Assembly: GCA_037446255.1 (NCBI GenBank)
Contig: JBBIIY010000001.1
Span: 74,550-138,549 of the forward strand
DNA from: Coprothermobacterota bacterium
GTDB taxonomy: Bacteria; Coprothermobacterota; HKB111
Length of the DNA: 64,000 nt
Reading direction: 5' to 3'
Numbering within the stretch: the stretch's first letter is position 1; each line of letters begins with the position of its first letter. Positions 40,844-51,523 of the stretch are shown in pieces. The notes below the pieces were generated by a model. The model was not told the origin of the DNA. It saw nothing but the letters and a program-made list of their open reading frames with translations, and searched no databases. A program made the translations under genes and the position numbers.

Positions 40844-41264
40844 GTAGCTTGCCCTGGAGGTAAGAGAGGACTTCTTCTATATCCAAATATTTTTGTTCAT
40901 CAAGATTGAGTAACGCTTTTTTTAATACTTCAACCCTGCTTGCGACGAGGTTGTTAATAAATGTTTTACCTTCAGAAGTTAAATCAAGTTTAACAACTCT
41001 TCTGTCATCATCTTCTCTTATTCTGGTAATAAACCCCTTGGATTCCAAAATATCCATATGAGCAGTCATCGTAGATGGACTGAGTTCAAATTTTCGGCTT
41101 AGCTCACCAATAGGGCTAAGTGGGAAAGAGGTTAGGAAAGTTAGAATATAAAATTGAGTTAAATTAATATCCACACGAGCAGTCTCGCGTCTTAATTCAA
41201 CATTCATAATACGGTTTATGTTCCTTAGTATTTTTTCTATGCGGATAAAATAATTAATGTCCAT
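40833..41264 (-). CDS. MarR-family transcriptional regulator
   Basis: Winged-HTH MarR pattern (LTQFYILTFL...GELSRKFELSPSTMTAHMDILESKGFITRIREDDDRRVVKLDLTSEG). 143 aa, overlaps the MATE start. Confidence 0.75.
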   Translation of the reverse strand: MDINYFIRIEKILRNINRIMNVELRRETARVDINLTQFYILTFLTSFPLSPIGELSRKFELSPSTMTAHMDILESKGFITRIREDDDRRVVKLDLTSEGKTFINNLVASRVEVLKKALLNLDEQKYLDIEEVLSYLQGKLLAQ

Positions 41265-41423
41265 TTCGTATATCTAAATATAAGGTATTAGAAATAAATT
41301 GTCAAGAATTATAACCAAATTCAACAGACAGCCGTATCAAAGACTGGAAATATCTAACCTGTTTCTAAAGAAAATTTCATGCAGAAAAACTGCTTGCTAA
41401 GGTATTAGTTATCAATAGATTTA

Positions 41424-42608
41424 TTATCTGGATACGATAGCAGCTATACCCATGCCTCCTCCAGCACAAAGTGAAACTAAGCCAAGTTTTTTCTGCTGTC
41501 TTTCCATTTCATGAAGTAGTTTAACCATCAAAATGGCACCGCTGGCACCAATTGGATGTCCCAGGGCAATAGCTCCACCATTAACATTAATTTTTTCTTC
41601 GGGAATCTTAAGTTCTTTTATCACACTCAAAGCTTGAGCGGCGAAAGCTTCGTTAATTTCAAAAAGGTCAATATCATTTATAGATAGCCGGGCTTTGTCT
41701 AAAGCAGAAATAATTGCGGGAACTGGACCCATACCCATTAGATTAGGCTCAAGGCCTGCCAAAGCATAGGATACCAGTCTTCCCATCACTCTTAAGGCTG
41801 ATCTTTCAGCTGTTTCCTCTGAGGAAATAAGCATCAAAGCCGCACCATCGTTAATACCCGAGGAGTTACCAGCAGTTACTGTACCATCTTTTTTAAATAC
41901 CGGTTTCAGGTTAGAAAGTTTATCCAGAGCGATGTCTTTTCTTGGATGCTCATCTTCTTTAAATATGATAGGCTCTTTTTTTGAAGGTAATTCCACCGGT
42001 ATTATCTGGTTAATAAACCTGCCTTCACTAATTGCTTTTAAGGCTTTTAGCTGGCTGTTATATGCAAAATTGTCTTGCTCCTCTCTGCTTATGGAATATT
42101 TTTCAGCGAGGTATTCTGCAGTTAACCCCATATGAACATTATTAAATATATCCCAGAGACCATCATATACCATACCATCAATTAATTCTTCGGAGGGAAA
42201 ACTTAAGCGGTAGCCATATCGAGCTTTCTTAAGGTAGTAGGGAGCCAGGTCCATATTTTCAATACCCCCGGCTATAACTATCTTTCCATCCCCGGACTTG
42301 ATTGACTGGGCAGCTGAAATAATCGACTGAAGACCTGAACCGCAAACCCGATTTATAGTGATAGCCGGTATAGAAACAGGAAGTCCGCTTTTTAATACTA
42401 CCTGACGGGCAGGATTCATACCCTGTCCGGATTGCAGCACATTTCCCAGGATACAATCTGAAATTTCCGAATGGTCAATATTACTTTTAGAGATAATGTT
42501 TTTAAGAACTGTTGCTCCTAAATCTGAAGCTGATACATCCTTAAGTGTTCCTCCAAATGTACCTATAGCAGTTCTAAAAGGATGAGATATTACGATATTG
42601 GTACTCAC
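41424..42608 (-). CDS. Acetyl-CoA C-acetyltransferase (thiolase II)
   Basis: NRVCGSGLQ active-site Cys region and C-terminal GGGMG / CxG motifs. 394 aa. Confidence 0.9.
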   Translation of the reverse strand: MSTNIVISHPFRTAIGTFGGTLKDVSASDLGATVLKNIISKSNIDHSEISDCILGNVLQSGQGMNPARQVVLKSGLPVSIPAITINRVCGSGLQSIISAAQSIKSGDGKIVIAGGIENMDLAPYYLKKARYGYRLSFPSEELIDGMVYDGLWDIFNNVHMGLTAEYLAEKYSISREEQDNFAYNSQLKALKAISEGRFINQIIPVELPSKKEPIIFKEDEHPRKDIALDKLSNLKPVFKKDGTVTAGNSSGINDGAALMLISSEETAERSALRVMGRLVSYALAGLEPNLMGMGPVPAIISALDKARLSINDIDLFEINEAFAAQALSVIKELKIPEEKINVNGGAIALGHPIGASGAILMVKLLHEMERQQKKLGLVSLCAGGGMGIAAIVSR

Positions 42609-42609
42609 A

Positions 42610-43266
42610 CTAAACCTCCATAATTTTAAGCATAGGACTTACTTTAAAATTTGCTTCAGTGCATTTTTGTATATCTGTCACAGTTACTTCTGAAGAAATT
42701 TCAATAAGAGTCATGCCTTCAAGGGTAATTTCAAAAACTCCCATTTCGGTTATTATCAGGGATACTTTTTTTCTGGCGGTAAGAGGTAAGGTGCATTGTT
42801 TTAAAATCTTCGGATTTCCTTTGGCTGTGTGCTCCATAGCTACTATAACCCTGTTAGAACCAACTGCCAGATCCATAGCTCCACCTATACCTGGTACCAG
42901 TTTTCCGGGAATTATCCAGTTAGCAAGATTGCCTTCCTCATCTACCTGTAAAGCTCCTAATACAGTAGTATCCAGGTGCCCACCCCTGATCAAAGCAAAA
43001 GAGAGAAGTGAGTCAAAAAAAGAACCGCCAGGAAGGATTGTTTTATAGTTTCCCCCAGCATCGGTAATATCAGGGTCCACAGGAAGTCCAAGCAGTTCTG
43101 GAGATTCACCCATTCTGATAATTCCATTTTCTGAATGAATATGGACAGTAATTTCAGGGGATATGAATCTTGTAGACATTAATGGTATACCAAACCCCAC
43201 ATTTATTACTTCACCGTCTTTAAACTCTTTGGCAACTCTTCGGGCAATGAATTCACGAATATCCAT
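42610..43266 (-). CDS. 3-oxoacid/acetate CoA-transferase subunit B
   Basis: SENG catalytic-Glu motif (HSENGIIRMGE). 218 aa. Confidence 0.85.
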   Translation of the reverse strand: MDIREFIARRVAKEFKDGEVINVGFGIPLMSTRFISPEITVHIHSENGIIRMGESPELLGLPVDPDITDAGGNYKTILPGGSFFDSLLSFALIRGGHLDTTVLGALQVDEEGNLANWIIPGKLVPGIGGAMDLAVGSNRVIVAMEHTAKGNPKILKQCTLPLTARKKVSLIITEMGVFEITLEGMTLIEISSEVTVTDIQKCTEANFKVSPMLKIMEV

Positions 43267-43277
43267 TTTAACTCTCC

Positions 43278-43937
43278 TTATTTATCTGTTTGGACAATAT
43301 AATCAACTAAAATACCCGGAGTAGCAATTAAGTTGGGATCTAATTCTCCAATTTCCACTACTTCGTCAACCTGGGCAATTACTGTTTTTCCGGAAAGAGA
43401 CATCACCGGGTTAAAATTACAGGAAGTTCCATAGTATACGAGGTTTCCGAAACTATCTGCCTTTCTGGCTTTTAATATGGAAAGGTCTCCGGTCAGGGGA
43501 AGCTCAAGAATATATTCTTTTTCGTTTATCATGATTTTTTGTTTACCCTCTTCTACAGGGGTTCCTATTCCCACAGAAGTGAGTATTCCTCCCAGTCCAG
43601 AACCTCCAGCCCTTATTCTTTCTAATAAAGTACCTTGTGGACTGAATTCAATACTTAACTCCTGATTATTAAACTGTTTTTGAGTTTCCGGGTTTGTTCC
43701 TATATGGGTGGTAATCAGATTTTTTACCCTATGAGCCTCAATTAACCGGGCTATACCTTTTCCCGGGTATGAAGTATCATTTACGATTATTTTGAGATTT
43801 TTTATCCCGGATTCAAGTATAAAATCTATAAGCATTTCGGGGGTTCCATTTCCCAAAAACCCAGCAACCAGGATAGTCATTCCATCCCAGAGATTAATTT
43901 TATTTAGTAAATCTTCTTTACTCACTAATTTAGACAA
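43278..43937 (-). CDS. 3-oxoacid/acetate CoA-transferase subunit A
   Basis: DGMTILVAGFLGNGTPEMLI N-terminal motif, 219 aa, TTG start with AGGAGG SD. Confidence 0.85.
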   Translation of the reverse strand: MSKLVSKEDLLNKINLWDGMTILVAGFLGNGTPEMLIDFILESGIKNLKIIVNDTSYPGKGIARLIEAHRVKNLITTHIGTNPETQKQFNNQELSIEFSPQGTLLERIRAGGSGLGGILTSVGIGTPVEEGKQKIMINEKEYILELPLTGDLSILKARKADSFGNLVYYGTSCNFNPVMSLSGKTVIAQVDEVVEIGELDPNLIATPGILVDYIVQTDK

Positions 43938-44024
43938 CTAAGCATTCCTCCTTGCGTCAGGCGGTAATAAAATTAAGATATAATACCACATATTCAGATT
44001 TATTATGTTAACATATTAGTATCC

Positions 44025-44483
44025 ATGCTGGAAAAAGATACTCACAAATTAGTATTTTTATCTATTGTCGGAGCTGCCTATGCTGCTCTTACCTTATTAT
44101 TAATTCCACTTAGTTATGGACCTTTCCAATTACGGTTAGCGGAAGCTTTAACTGTATTACCTTACCTGTTTCCTCAGGTAGTGTTTGGATTATTCATTGG
44201 TTGTATCATAGCTAATTTATTCAGTCCATTCGGGTTATTGGACATTATATTTGGAAGCATAGCTACTTTGATAGCTGCTTTTCTTACCTCAAAGGCTCCT
44301 AACATTTACCTTGCTCCGCTTCCGCCTGTGGCAGTAAATGCGTTTATAGTGTCAGTATATTTAAGCAACCTGACAGGAATTCCATATTGGTTGATGGTTA
44401 TCTATATAGGTATATCTCAGTTTGTGATATGTTATGGAATAGGATTACCCCTGCTTATGGTGTTAAAAAAGAGATTAAAATAG
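44025..44483 (+). CDS. queT: QueT-family (ECF S-component-like) queuosine-precursor transporter
   Basis: 152 aa, 5 TM, LVFLSIVGAAYAALTLLLIPLSYGPFQLRLAEALTVLPY is QueT/COG4708-like. Confidence 0.55.
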   Translation: MLEKDTHKLVFLSIVGAAYAALTLLLIPLSYGPFQLRLAEALTVLPYLFPQVVFGLFIGCIIANLFSPFGLLDIIFGSIATLIAAFLTSKAPNIYLAPLPPVAVNAFIVSVYLSNLTGIPYWLMVIYIGISQFVICYGIGLPLLMVLKKRLK

Positions 44484-44510
44484 TAATTTTAATTGAATTG
44501 GAGGTTCTAA

Positions 44511-44993
44511 ATGGAAATCAAATTAGTCAAGATTGAAAACCCTCAAGCTTATAACTTAATCCTTGGTCAATCCCATTTCATTAAAACCGTAGAAGACATT
44601 TATGAAGTACTTATTTCTTCTTCTCCATTTATTCGTTTTGGGGTTGCTTTTGCTGAAGCCTCAGGACCCAGGTTAGTCCGTTTTGCCGGTAATGATAAAG
44701 AATTGATAGATTTAGCCAGGAATAATTTATCAAATATTGGCGCAGGACATTCCTTTATTATTTTTCTTAAAGATAGCTTCCCTATTAATGTCTTAAACTC
44801 GATCAAAATGGTTACTGAGGTTTGTACTATCTTTTCAGCAACTGCTAATCCCCTGGAGGTTGTAGTGGTTGAAACAGAGCAGGGTAGGGGTATATTGGGA
44901 GTAATTGATGGCGGTTCTCCTCTGGGCATGGAGTCTGAGGAAGACATTAAATCTCGGAAAGACCTGCTTCGTAAGTTCGGTTATAAATTATAA
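44511..44993 (+). CDS. PF04008 'adenosine-specific kinase' family protein (archaeal-type)
   Basis: [17 protein letters not shown]...[15 protein letters not shown]...[11 protein letters not shown]...PINVLNSIK...[23 protein letters not shown] matches the conserved PF04008 blocks. 160 aa. Confidence 0.6.
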   Translation: MEIKLVKIENPQAYNLILGQSHFIKTVEDIYEVLISSSPFIRFGVAFAEASGPRLVRFAGNDKELIDLARNNLSNIGAGHSFIIFLKDSFPINVLNSIKMVTEVCTIFSATANPLEVVVVETEQGRGILGVIDGGSPLGMESEEDIKSRKDLLRKFGYKL

Positions 44994-45007
44994 CCAAAAT
45001 TACCTGT

Positions 45008-47020
45008 TTATCCAAACCCGAGGAGCTTTCCAATCTGATAAATTGCTGTTCCTAATGAGGTGGCTAATACCAGGTTGTACGAAATTGCCAGAACTGTCCA
45101 CCGGTATGAACCAGTTTCTCGGTATATGGTGGCGATGGTGGCAACACAAGGTACATATAACATTGTTACTATAAGATATACAAAGGCTGTCAAGGGTGAA
45201 ATTTTGGAAAGTAAAACATTCATCAGCGTTTCCTCTCCGGTGCCATAAAGAACGGCCAGGGTGGATATCACAGATTCTTTGGCTACAATACCTGTAAGCA
45301 AAGAGGTAGTAAGTTCTTGATTAAAACCCATTAATCTGGTAACAGGCATGAAAATACCGCCTATGCGCCCCAAGTAAGTTTCTGCAAAGGGAGTGTTGGT
45401 GGGAAAAGATGATAATATCCAGACAATTACTGACAGAAACACAATAATTGTTCCTGCTCTATAGATGAAGGTTTTAATCCTATCAAAAGAGAAAAGAAAT
45501 ATAGTTTTCAAATGAGGAACATGGTAGAGGGGAAGCTCCATCAAAAAATAAGGTGAACCTTTTTTAAAGAAGATATTTTTGAAAATGAATCCAACGATAC
45601 CCATTAACAACAAATCAAGCACGATTAGTGAAGTAACCACCAGGGCTGCTTTTTGTCCAAAAAAAGCGCTTGAAATCAGGGTGATTACTCCTAATCTTGC
45701 ACTGCAGGGAATAATGGGATTGATTAGTAGGGAAAGAACTCTATCTTCTTCTCTTTCCAGAATACGGGTTGCCATGATCCCTGCGATATTGCAGCCATAA
45801 CCCATAAGAACAGAAAAGAAAGCTTTACCCTGTAATCCGATAAGACTCATAAATCTATCCAGAATAAAAGCAACTCGTGGGAGATAACCTGAATCTTCCA
45901 ATAGGGAAAATAGTACAAAAAATATGGTCATCAGTGGGAGAAAGGTCATTACTCCACCTATTCCTGCTATAATACCGTCAACAATTAAGCTGGAAATCCA
46001 GGATGGCCAAGGTGATAAAAGGAGTTTAATAAAGCTTCCAGATGCGGAGAAAAACATCTCAATAGGTTTTTGGAAAATACTGCTGATAGTAAAAGTTAAA
46101 TAAAAAATAGAAAAAAGTGTAGCTAACAGAATTGGTACTCCCCAAACAGGCGAAAGAACAACTCTATCAATTTTATCAGTTATACTCTGACTCTCCCTTC
46201 GTTTAATGGTAATGTCCGAGATGAGGTTATGTATAAAGGAGTGTCTTAATTGCTTAATTCTTTCGGAATATCCCTCTGGTAGATCAACCTTTTCCTCTTT
46301 GAGATGTTTAATCACAAATTCGTCTTCTTCCATGGCTTTAACTGCAGCAAATCTTGGAGGATAGGGAGGGTGATTCCCCATTTTTCGGATTATTAAAGTT
46401 ATTGTACTTTCTAAATCCTGGTAGTCAACCTGTGATGGGTTGTTATTCAAAGCAGTTACAGCAGAAATTATGTGGTTGGATAAAACCTCCATTACTCCTT
46501 TTTTGGTAGCTACCAGAGGAATAACCTTCACTCCCAGTCGTTGTTCCAGCTTCTCAACATCTATCTCATATCCTTCAGTATTGGCAATATCAATCATATT
46601 TAATACTACAATAACTTTTGGAGTAAGTTCTAAAAGTTCAGTTGTAAGCAACAGGTTTCTCTCAAGATTACTGGCATCTACAATATTAATTACTAAATCG
46701 GGTTTTTCTTTAACAATATAGTTCCTGGTAATCTGTTCTTCTGCGGAATTAGCTGAAAGCGCGTAAATTCCAGGTAAATCAACAATTTTAACTATTCGGT
46801 TTTCACACCTGGTGGTGCCCTCTTTTTTTTCAACTGTTTTACCGGGCCAGTTTCCTACATGTTGGGATAACCCACAGATTGAGTTGAAAATAGTTGATTT
46901 ACCAACATTTGGGCTACCAACCAGGGCTATCCTGAGCTGCTTATCTGAATGATTTTGGTTAGAAAGGGTATTATTGTGGCATTTATTCATTTGTAGTTTT
47001 GACCATGATTTTGGAGACAA
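45008..47020 (-). CDS. feoB: Ferrous iron transporter FeoB
   Basis: N-terminal G-domain LRIALVGSPNVGKSTIFN, DLPGIYAL, a C-terminal polytopic membrane domain, 670 aa. Confidence 0.9.
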   Translation of the reverse strand: MSPKSWSKLQMNKCHNNTLSNQNHSDKQLRIALVGSPNVGKSTIFNSICGLSQHVGNWPGKTVEKKEGTTRCENRIVKIVDLPGIYALSANSAEEQITRNYIVKEKPDLVINIVDASNLERNLLLTTELLELTPKVIVVLNMIDIANTEGYEIDVEKLEQRLGVKVIPLVATKKGVMEVLSNHIISAVTALNNNPSQVDYQDLESTITLIIRKMGNHPPYPPRFAAVKAMEEDEFVIKHLKEEKVDLPEGYSERIKQLRHSFIHNLISDITIKRRESQSITDKIDRVVLSPVWGVPILLATLFSIFYLTFTISSIFQKPIEMFFSASGSFIKLLLSPWPSWISSLIVDGIIAGIGGVMTFLPLMTIFFVLFSLLEDSGYLPRVAFILDRFMSLIGLQGKAFFSVLMGYGCNIAGIMATRILEREEDRVLSLLINPIIPCSARLGVITLISSAFFGQKAALVVTSLIVLDLLLMGIVGFIFKNIFFKKGSPYFLMELPLYHVPHLKTIFLFSFDRIKTFIYRAGTIIVFLSVIVWILSSFPTNTPFAETYLGRIGGIFMPVTRLMGFNQELTTSLLTGIVAKESVISTLAVLYGTGEETLMNVLLSKISPLTAFVYLIVTMLYVPCVATIATIYRETGSYRWTVLAISYNLVLATSLGTAIYQIGKLLGFG

Positions 47021-47219
47021 CTCCCCTACCTATAGCTACTTTCGTACCGCTTATCTTTATTACTACCGGTCCATAGGAAACATTTTCTACTATAAATGAA
47101 AGCCCAGGAATGATACCCAGGGAATAAAGTCTCTGAAGAAGTCCTTTACTTCCTTTAATCTCTATGATTATCCCTTTTTCGCCTACTTTCAAATTAGTTA
47201 AATTAGTGTTATTATTCAT
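46983..47219 (-). CDS. feoA: FeoA (SH3-like) protein
   Basis: LTNLKVGEKGIIIEIKG...LGIIPG FeoA pattern, 78 aa, overlaps the feoB start. Confidence 0.75.
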   Translation of the reverse strand: MNNNTNLTNLKVGEKGIIIEIKGSKGLLQRLYSLGIIPGLSFIVENVSYGPVVIKISGTKVAIGRGVVSKIMVKTTNE

Positions 47220-47305
47220 TTTTCAATCAACCGATGTTGTTAAAATAGTTTAGCATACTTAACATTTTAATGTCAATATTGATTAGAAGTTTTTATTTAT
47301 ATTAA

Positions 47306-47334
47306 TTGACGATACAGTTTCAAAAGGATATAAT
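47306..47334 (+). promoter_or_regulatory. Sigma70-like promoter: TTGACG, 17-nt spacer, TATAAT, upstream of the HD-domain gene
   Basis: TTGACG 47306-47311 and TATAAT 47329-47334. Confidence 0.45.
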
Positions 47335-47413
47335 CAAATATATTTTTTTGATTTATTTATATGTTTTATAAGAAGTTAATTTCATACGAAACCATGTTGG
47401 ATGGAGGTTTTGC

Positions 47414-47971
47414 ATGCTGATAAGTCGGGATAAAGCAGAAAATATACTTAGAGAAAAAGTTAAAAATAAGAATATGGTGAAGCATTGTCTGGCAGTGGAA
47501 GCAGTGATGAAGGGGCTTGCCAGAACACTTAATCAGGATGAAACTGCCTGGGGATTAATAGGTTTGTTGCACGATATAGACTCGGATATCGTTGGTGATG
47601 ATATGAATGCACACTCACTGGAAAGTGGAAAAATCATGAGGGAGCTTAATTTCTCCGAAGAATTAGCGCAGGCAGTGGAAGCACATAATGAAGCTCATGG
47701 ATTTCCTCGAATTTCTTTGGCGGCTAAAGCACTATATGCAGCTGACCCGGTTACTGGATTGATTGTAGCCTCAGCTTTAGTTCATCCCGACCGAAAAATA
47801 TCTTCACTGGATTTAGATTTTGTACTCAGACGATTTAATGAAAAATGGTTTGCTAAAGGTGCAGATAGAGAGCAAATTAAATCAATTAGCTTGTTAGATA
47901 TATCACTTGAGGATTTTTTAAGTTTATCCCTTAAAGAAATGTCAGGTATTTCAGAAACTCTTGGCCTTTAA
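47414..47971 (+). CDS. HD/HDIG-domain phosphohydrolase
   Basis: H...HD motif (KHCLAVEAV ... LLHDID). 185 aa. Confidence 0.65.
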   Translation: MLISRDKAENILREKVKNKNMVKHCLAVEAVMKGLARTLNQDETAWGLIGLLHDIDSDIVGDDMNAHSLESGKIMRELNFSEELAQAVEAHNEAHGFPRISLAAKALYAADPVTGLIVASALVHPDRKISSLDLDFVLRRFNEKWFAKGADREQIKSISLLDISLEDFLSLSLKEMSGISETLGL

Positions 47972-48971
47972 GACATCTTATTTGCTTAACCTATCTCCAA
48001 AATTTTTAATTATTTTTATGGTTATTGCGTTAATCAGCGTTTTACCGGGTAGCTTGAGAATTGTTCATGTTGAAAATAATATTGCTTTTTTGGAATTAAA
48101 CTTAAAAGGCTTGTTCATACCAGAAGCTAAAGGTCAGGTTATTAATAAAGTAAAAGAATTTGAAAATGAAAAGATTTTAATTAATTATGGCAATATGAAA
48201 GAAACCTTCACCAGAAATTTATTCCTTAAAATTGATCTTGATAAAACCCTGGAAGATTTGTTTATACTGCATAAAGAGCCGGTTTTTTATTATTCCCGCC
48301 AGGACTTTGAAAAAGTGATAGCTGATTCACAACTCCCTTTAATTATATCTGATGCGGCTTTTACCGAAATATTGAAGGGAAATACAGTTATAAATGTTGA
48401 TTTAATTCCTGAACAGATCCTCAAAAAAGATGTTTTTTTAATGCCTATTAAGGGAACCCATTTTCCCTATGAGAAGGCTCATCTTCCTAATGCTCCTCGT
48501 CCTTATAGGGCAGGAAAGCATCTGGGAGTAGATTTTTTTACAGGTTATACAGGAGCGACGATAACCTCTTCCACTGAAATATTCTCGGTGTTTGATGGTG
48601 AAATTATTAGAATTGATCATAACTATAAAGATATTACTTATCAAGTGTGGAAGAATCTATCACTGGAATCAATAAGAAAAGGATTTACTTCACCTGAGAA
48701 TCTTGATAAATTTATGGGTAGACAGATTCACATCAAGCATGGTAATGGTATAAAAACGGTCTATGCCCATTTGTCCTGGGTTAGAAACGATCTTAATGTT
48801 GGAGATAAAGTACATCAGGGAGAAATTATTGCCCGAGCAGGTAATTCGGGCACAGGTGGTAGTTTTATTCATCTTCATTTTGAAATCTGGATTGACAATG
48901 AATATCTGGGTAAAGGATTACCCTCTAAACAACTAAGAGAGTTATATGAATACTATTTTAGGGAGTGGTAA
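47961..48971 (+). CDS. M23-family (LytM-like) peptidase with an N-terminal membrane anchor
   Basis: HLGVDF, TVYAHLS and [14 protein letters not shown]23 zinc-site motifs, plus an N-terminal TM. Confidence 0.75.
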   Translation: MAFKTSYLLNLSPKFLIIFMVIALISVLPGSLRIVHVENNIAFLELNLKGLFIPEAKGQVINKVKEFENEKILINYGNMKETFTRNLFLKIDLDKTLEDLFILHKEPVFYYSRQDFEKVIADSQLPLIISDAAFTEILKGNTVINVDLIPEQILKKDVFLMPIKGTHFPYEKAHLPNAPRPYRAGKHLGVDFFTGYTGATITSSTEIFSVFDGEIIRIDHNYKDITYQVWKNLSLESIRKGFTSPENLDKFMGRQIHIKHGNGIKTVYAHLSWVRNDLNVGDKVHQGEIIARAGNSGTGGSFIHLHFEIWIDNEYLGKGLPSKQLRELYEYYFREW

Positions 48972-48972
48972 A

Positions 48973-49575
48973 ATGAACTGCAATAATAAAATGGGAAGCT
49001 TTGAAGTAGTTACTGGTTGTATGTTTTCTGGTAAAAGCGAAGAATTGATCAGAAGAATTAGAAGAGCAGAAATAGCCAGACAAAAAGTGCTGGTTTTTAA
49101 ACCCCTTATTGATCATAGGTATAGTAGAAAGGGAGTGGTTTCCCATAGCGGTATATCCGTAGAAGCTATCCCGGTAGAAAACCCTGAAGCTATACTTGAA
49201 CATGATTTATCCGAAATCCAGGTTGTAGCAATTGATGAGATTCAATTTTTTACCAAAGAAATAAGGTATGTTATTGAAAAGTTGGTTTTAAGCGGTATAA
49301 GAGTTATTGCCGCGGGTTTAGACATGGATTTTCGGGGTGAGCCATTTGGACCTATGCCTGAATTAATGTCTATGGCAAATAAAATTGATAAACTAGAAGC
49401 AGTTTGCACTGTTTGCGGAGTACCAGCTTATTACACACAAAGGATAATTGCTGGAATTCCCGCTTCCTATGATGACCCCGTGATTTTAGTTGGAGCCCAG
49501 GAAGCTTATGAAGCCAGATGCCGGGAACATCATCAAGTAGGTAATCATCCCCGTAATTTATATCTGAATATTTAG
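48973..49575 (+). CDS. tdk: Thymidine kinase
   Basis: [20 protein letters not shown]-loop and C-terminal Zn ribbon CTVCG...CREHH. The ATG at 48973 with an AGGGAG SD is preferred. Confidence 0.85.
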   Translation: MNCNNKMGSFEVVTGCMFSGKSEELIRRIRRAEIARQKVLVFKPLIDHRYSRKGVVSHSGISVEAIPVENPEAILEHDLSEIQVVAIDEIQFFTKEIRYVIEKLVLSGIRVIAAGLDMDFRGEPFGPMPELMSMANKIDKLEAVCTVCGVPAYYTQRIIAGIPASYDDPVILVGAQEAYEARCREHHQVGNHPRNLYLNI

Positions 49576-49580
49576 GAAAA

Positions 49581-50657
49581 ATGAAAGAACTGATTACAAA
49601 AAAAATTGTCGATTTAAAAAGAAGAAAGGACGAATTGGAAAATTTGTTGGCTCACCCAGAAGTGGTTGAGTTTTCTTCTAAATTAATAGACTTAGGAAAA
49701 GAGTATCGTGAAATAACAGATATTATGGAAATTGCTGATAAATACCTTCTGTCATCCAGCAGATTGGAGGAAGCTAAAGATCTTTTTCAGACAGAAGATA
49801 TGGAAATAAGGGAACTTGCTCGAGAGGAGATTAAGCTTCGAGAAGATGAAGAGGAATTTCTCCTGCGTGAGTTAATCAAAGCATTTATCCCCCGTGATCC
49901 ACTTGATGACAGATCGGTTTTTATTGAAATAAGGGCTGCCGCAGGTGGAGAAGAGTCTGCATTATTTGCGGCTGTCCTGTTAAGAATGTATTCCCGATAT
50001 GCAGAGAAAAAAGGTTATAAGTACAAATTAGTAGATTATAATTCAACGGATATTGGAGGTTTTAAAGAAGCTGTTCTGGAAATAAGGGGTAAGGGAGCTT
50101 ATTCTCAGTTTAAACATGAAATTGGAGTCCATCGGGTTCAGAGAGTACCAGAAACTGAATCATCTGGAAGAGTACACACCTCTACTATAACCGTGGCAGT
50201 TATGCCCGAAGTTGAAGATGTGGAAGTAGAAATAAATGAAGATGACCTCAGGGTTGATACTTTTGGTGCTGCAGGTGCAGGTGGGCAACATGTTCAGATG
50301 ACTGATTCAGCTGTCAGAATTACACATATTCCTACTAATATTGTAGTATCCTGTCAGGATGAAAGAAGCCAGATTAAGAATCGTGAAAAAGCTTTAAAAG
50401 TTCTCAGGTCACGGCTTTACTCTTTTTTTAAGATGAAACAGGAAAAAGAGATTGCCAGTAAGCGTAAATCTCAGGTAGGTAGAGGTGATAGAAGTGAGAA
50501 AATTAGAACTTATAATTTCCCCCAAAATAGGATAACTGATCACCGAATTGACTTATCTGTGTATAACTTGAGTTATATTTTAGAAGGTAATATGGAATTG
50601 ATAATTGAACCTCTTCAACTCAGTTTACAGGAAGAGTATTTTAAGGAGCTTGATTGA
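49581..50657 (+). CDS. prfA: Peptide chain release factor 1
   Basis: [22 protein letters not shown] motif, 358 aa, followed by prmC. Confidence 0.9.
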   Translation: MKELITKKIVDLKRRKDELENLLAHPEVVEFSSKLIDLGKEYREITDIMEIADKYLLSSSRLEEAKDLFQTEDMEIRELAREEIKLREDEEEFLLRELIKAFIPRDPLDDRSVFIEIRAAAGGEESALFAAVLLRMYSRYAEKKGYKYKLVDYNSTDIGGFKEAVLEIRGKGAYSQFKHEIGVHRVQRVPETESSGRVHTSTITVAVMPEVEDVEVEINEDDLRVDTFGAAGAGGQHVQMTDSAVRITHIPTNIVVSCQDERSQIKNREKALKVLRSRLYSFFKMKQEKEIASKRKSQVGRGDRSEKIRTYNFPQNRITDHRIDLSVYNLSYILEGNMELIIEPLQLSLQEEYFKELD

Positions 50658-51523
50658 AAAGCACAGAACTGCTTTGCAGGGGAGGAGAGAAACTAAAGAA
50701 TGGCGGTATTATCTCTCCTGTTTGTGAAAGCGAATTAATACTTTCCTACCTTCTGGGAAAACCGGATGGAAGTTTGTTAATAAACCCTATTGAAGTTAAT
50801 AGCGCCGTGGAAAGTGCTTTTGATAATTTAATAAATTTAAGGTTAAATGAACAACCCCTGGCTTATCTTATCGGATATCAATATTTTTATGGAAGAAAAT
50901 TTTTTGTTTATCCAGGGGTTTTTATACCCCGTTATGATAGCGAAATTCTTGTTTTTGCTGTTTTAAACTATCTTAAAAGGGATAAGGTATATAATATTAA
51001 TACCCGGTATAATGTCCTGGATTGGGGAATAGGTACAGGAGTTTTGATGATTACTCTTACATTGGAATGCCCTCAAATAAATGTTGTGGGGGTGGAAATT
51101 AATCCCCAGGCCTGTCAGTTAGCAGAGATAAATGCTAAATATCATGGTCTGGTTAATACCATTCCTATTTATCAGGCTGATGGGTTTACCTATAGCGAAC
51201 TGGTTAAACCTGGTTCAATAGATATTCTTGTAAGTAATCCCCCCTACATAAAAAACAGCTTATGGAAAGAACTTTCACCGGAAGTACAAAAAGAACCAAT
51301 ATCTGCTTTGTTAGGAGGCGAACGGGGAATTGAAGTTTCACTAAATATTTTGGAATCTTATTACGATAAGATTGCTATAAATGGTAGAGTGTTTTTAGAA
51401 ACTGACAATGCCGGACCTCTTATTGAGGAAGCTATAAAATCTGGCTACCAGCTTGAAAATACCTATCCAGATTTGAGTGGTCAAGAAAGAGTAGTTGTTT
51501 TTAAAAAAGAGGAGGGTAATTGA
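50654..51523 (+). CDS. prmC: Release factor glutamine N5-methyltransferase PrmC/HemK
   Basis: NPPY motif, SAM motif DWGIGTG, 289 aa. Confidence 0.85.
   Translation: MKSTELLCRGGEKLKNGGIISPVCESELILSYLLGKPDGSLLINPIEVNSAVESAFDNLINLRLNEQPLAYLIGYQYFYGRKFFVYPGVFIPRYDSEILVFAVLNYLKRDKVYNINTRYNVLDWGIGTGVLMITLTLECPQINVVGVEINPQACQLAEINAKYHGLVNTIPIYQADGFTYSELVKPGSIDILVSNPPYIKNSLWKELSPEVQKEPISALLGGERGIEVSLNILESYYDKIAINGRVFLETDNAGPLIEEAIKSGYQLENTYPDLSGQERVVVFKKEEGN

Noticed and set aside
43938-44024. preQ1 riboswitch in the queT leader
   Set aside because: I could not find the preQ1-I hairpin plus A-rich tail or a recognisable preQ1-II pseudoknot in the 87-nt leader. Only an Rfam scan (RF00522/RF01054) could settle it.
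47220-47413. Possible Fur box upstream of feoAB (TGTCAATATTGATTA)
   Set aside because: Only about 10/15 matches to the TGATAATnATTATCA consensus, and the region is generally AT-rich. The similarity is not convincing without a PWM score.
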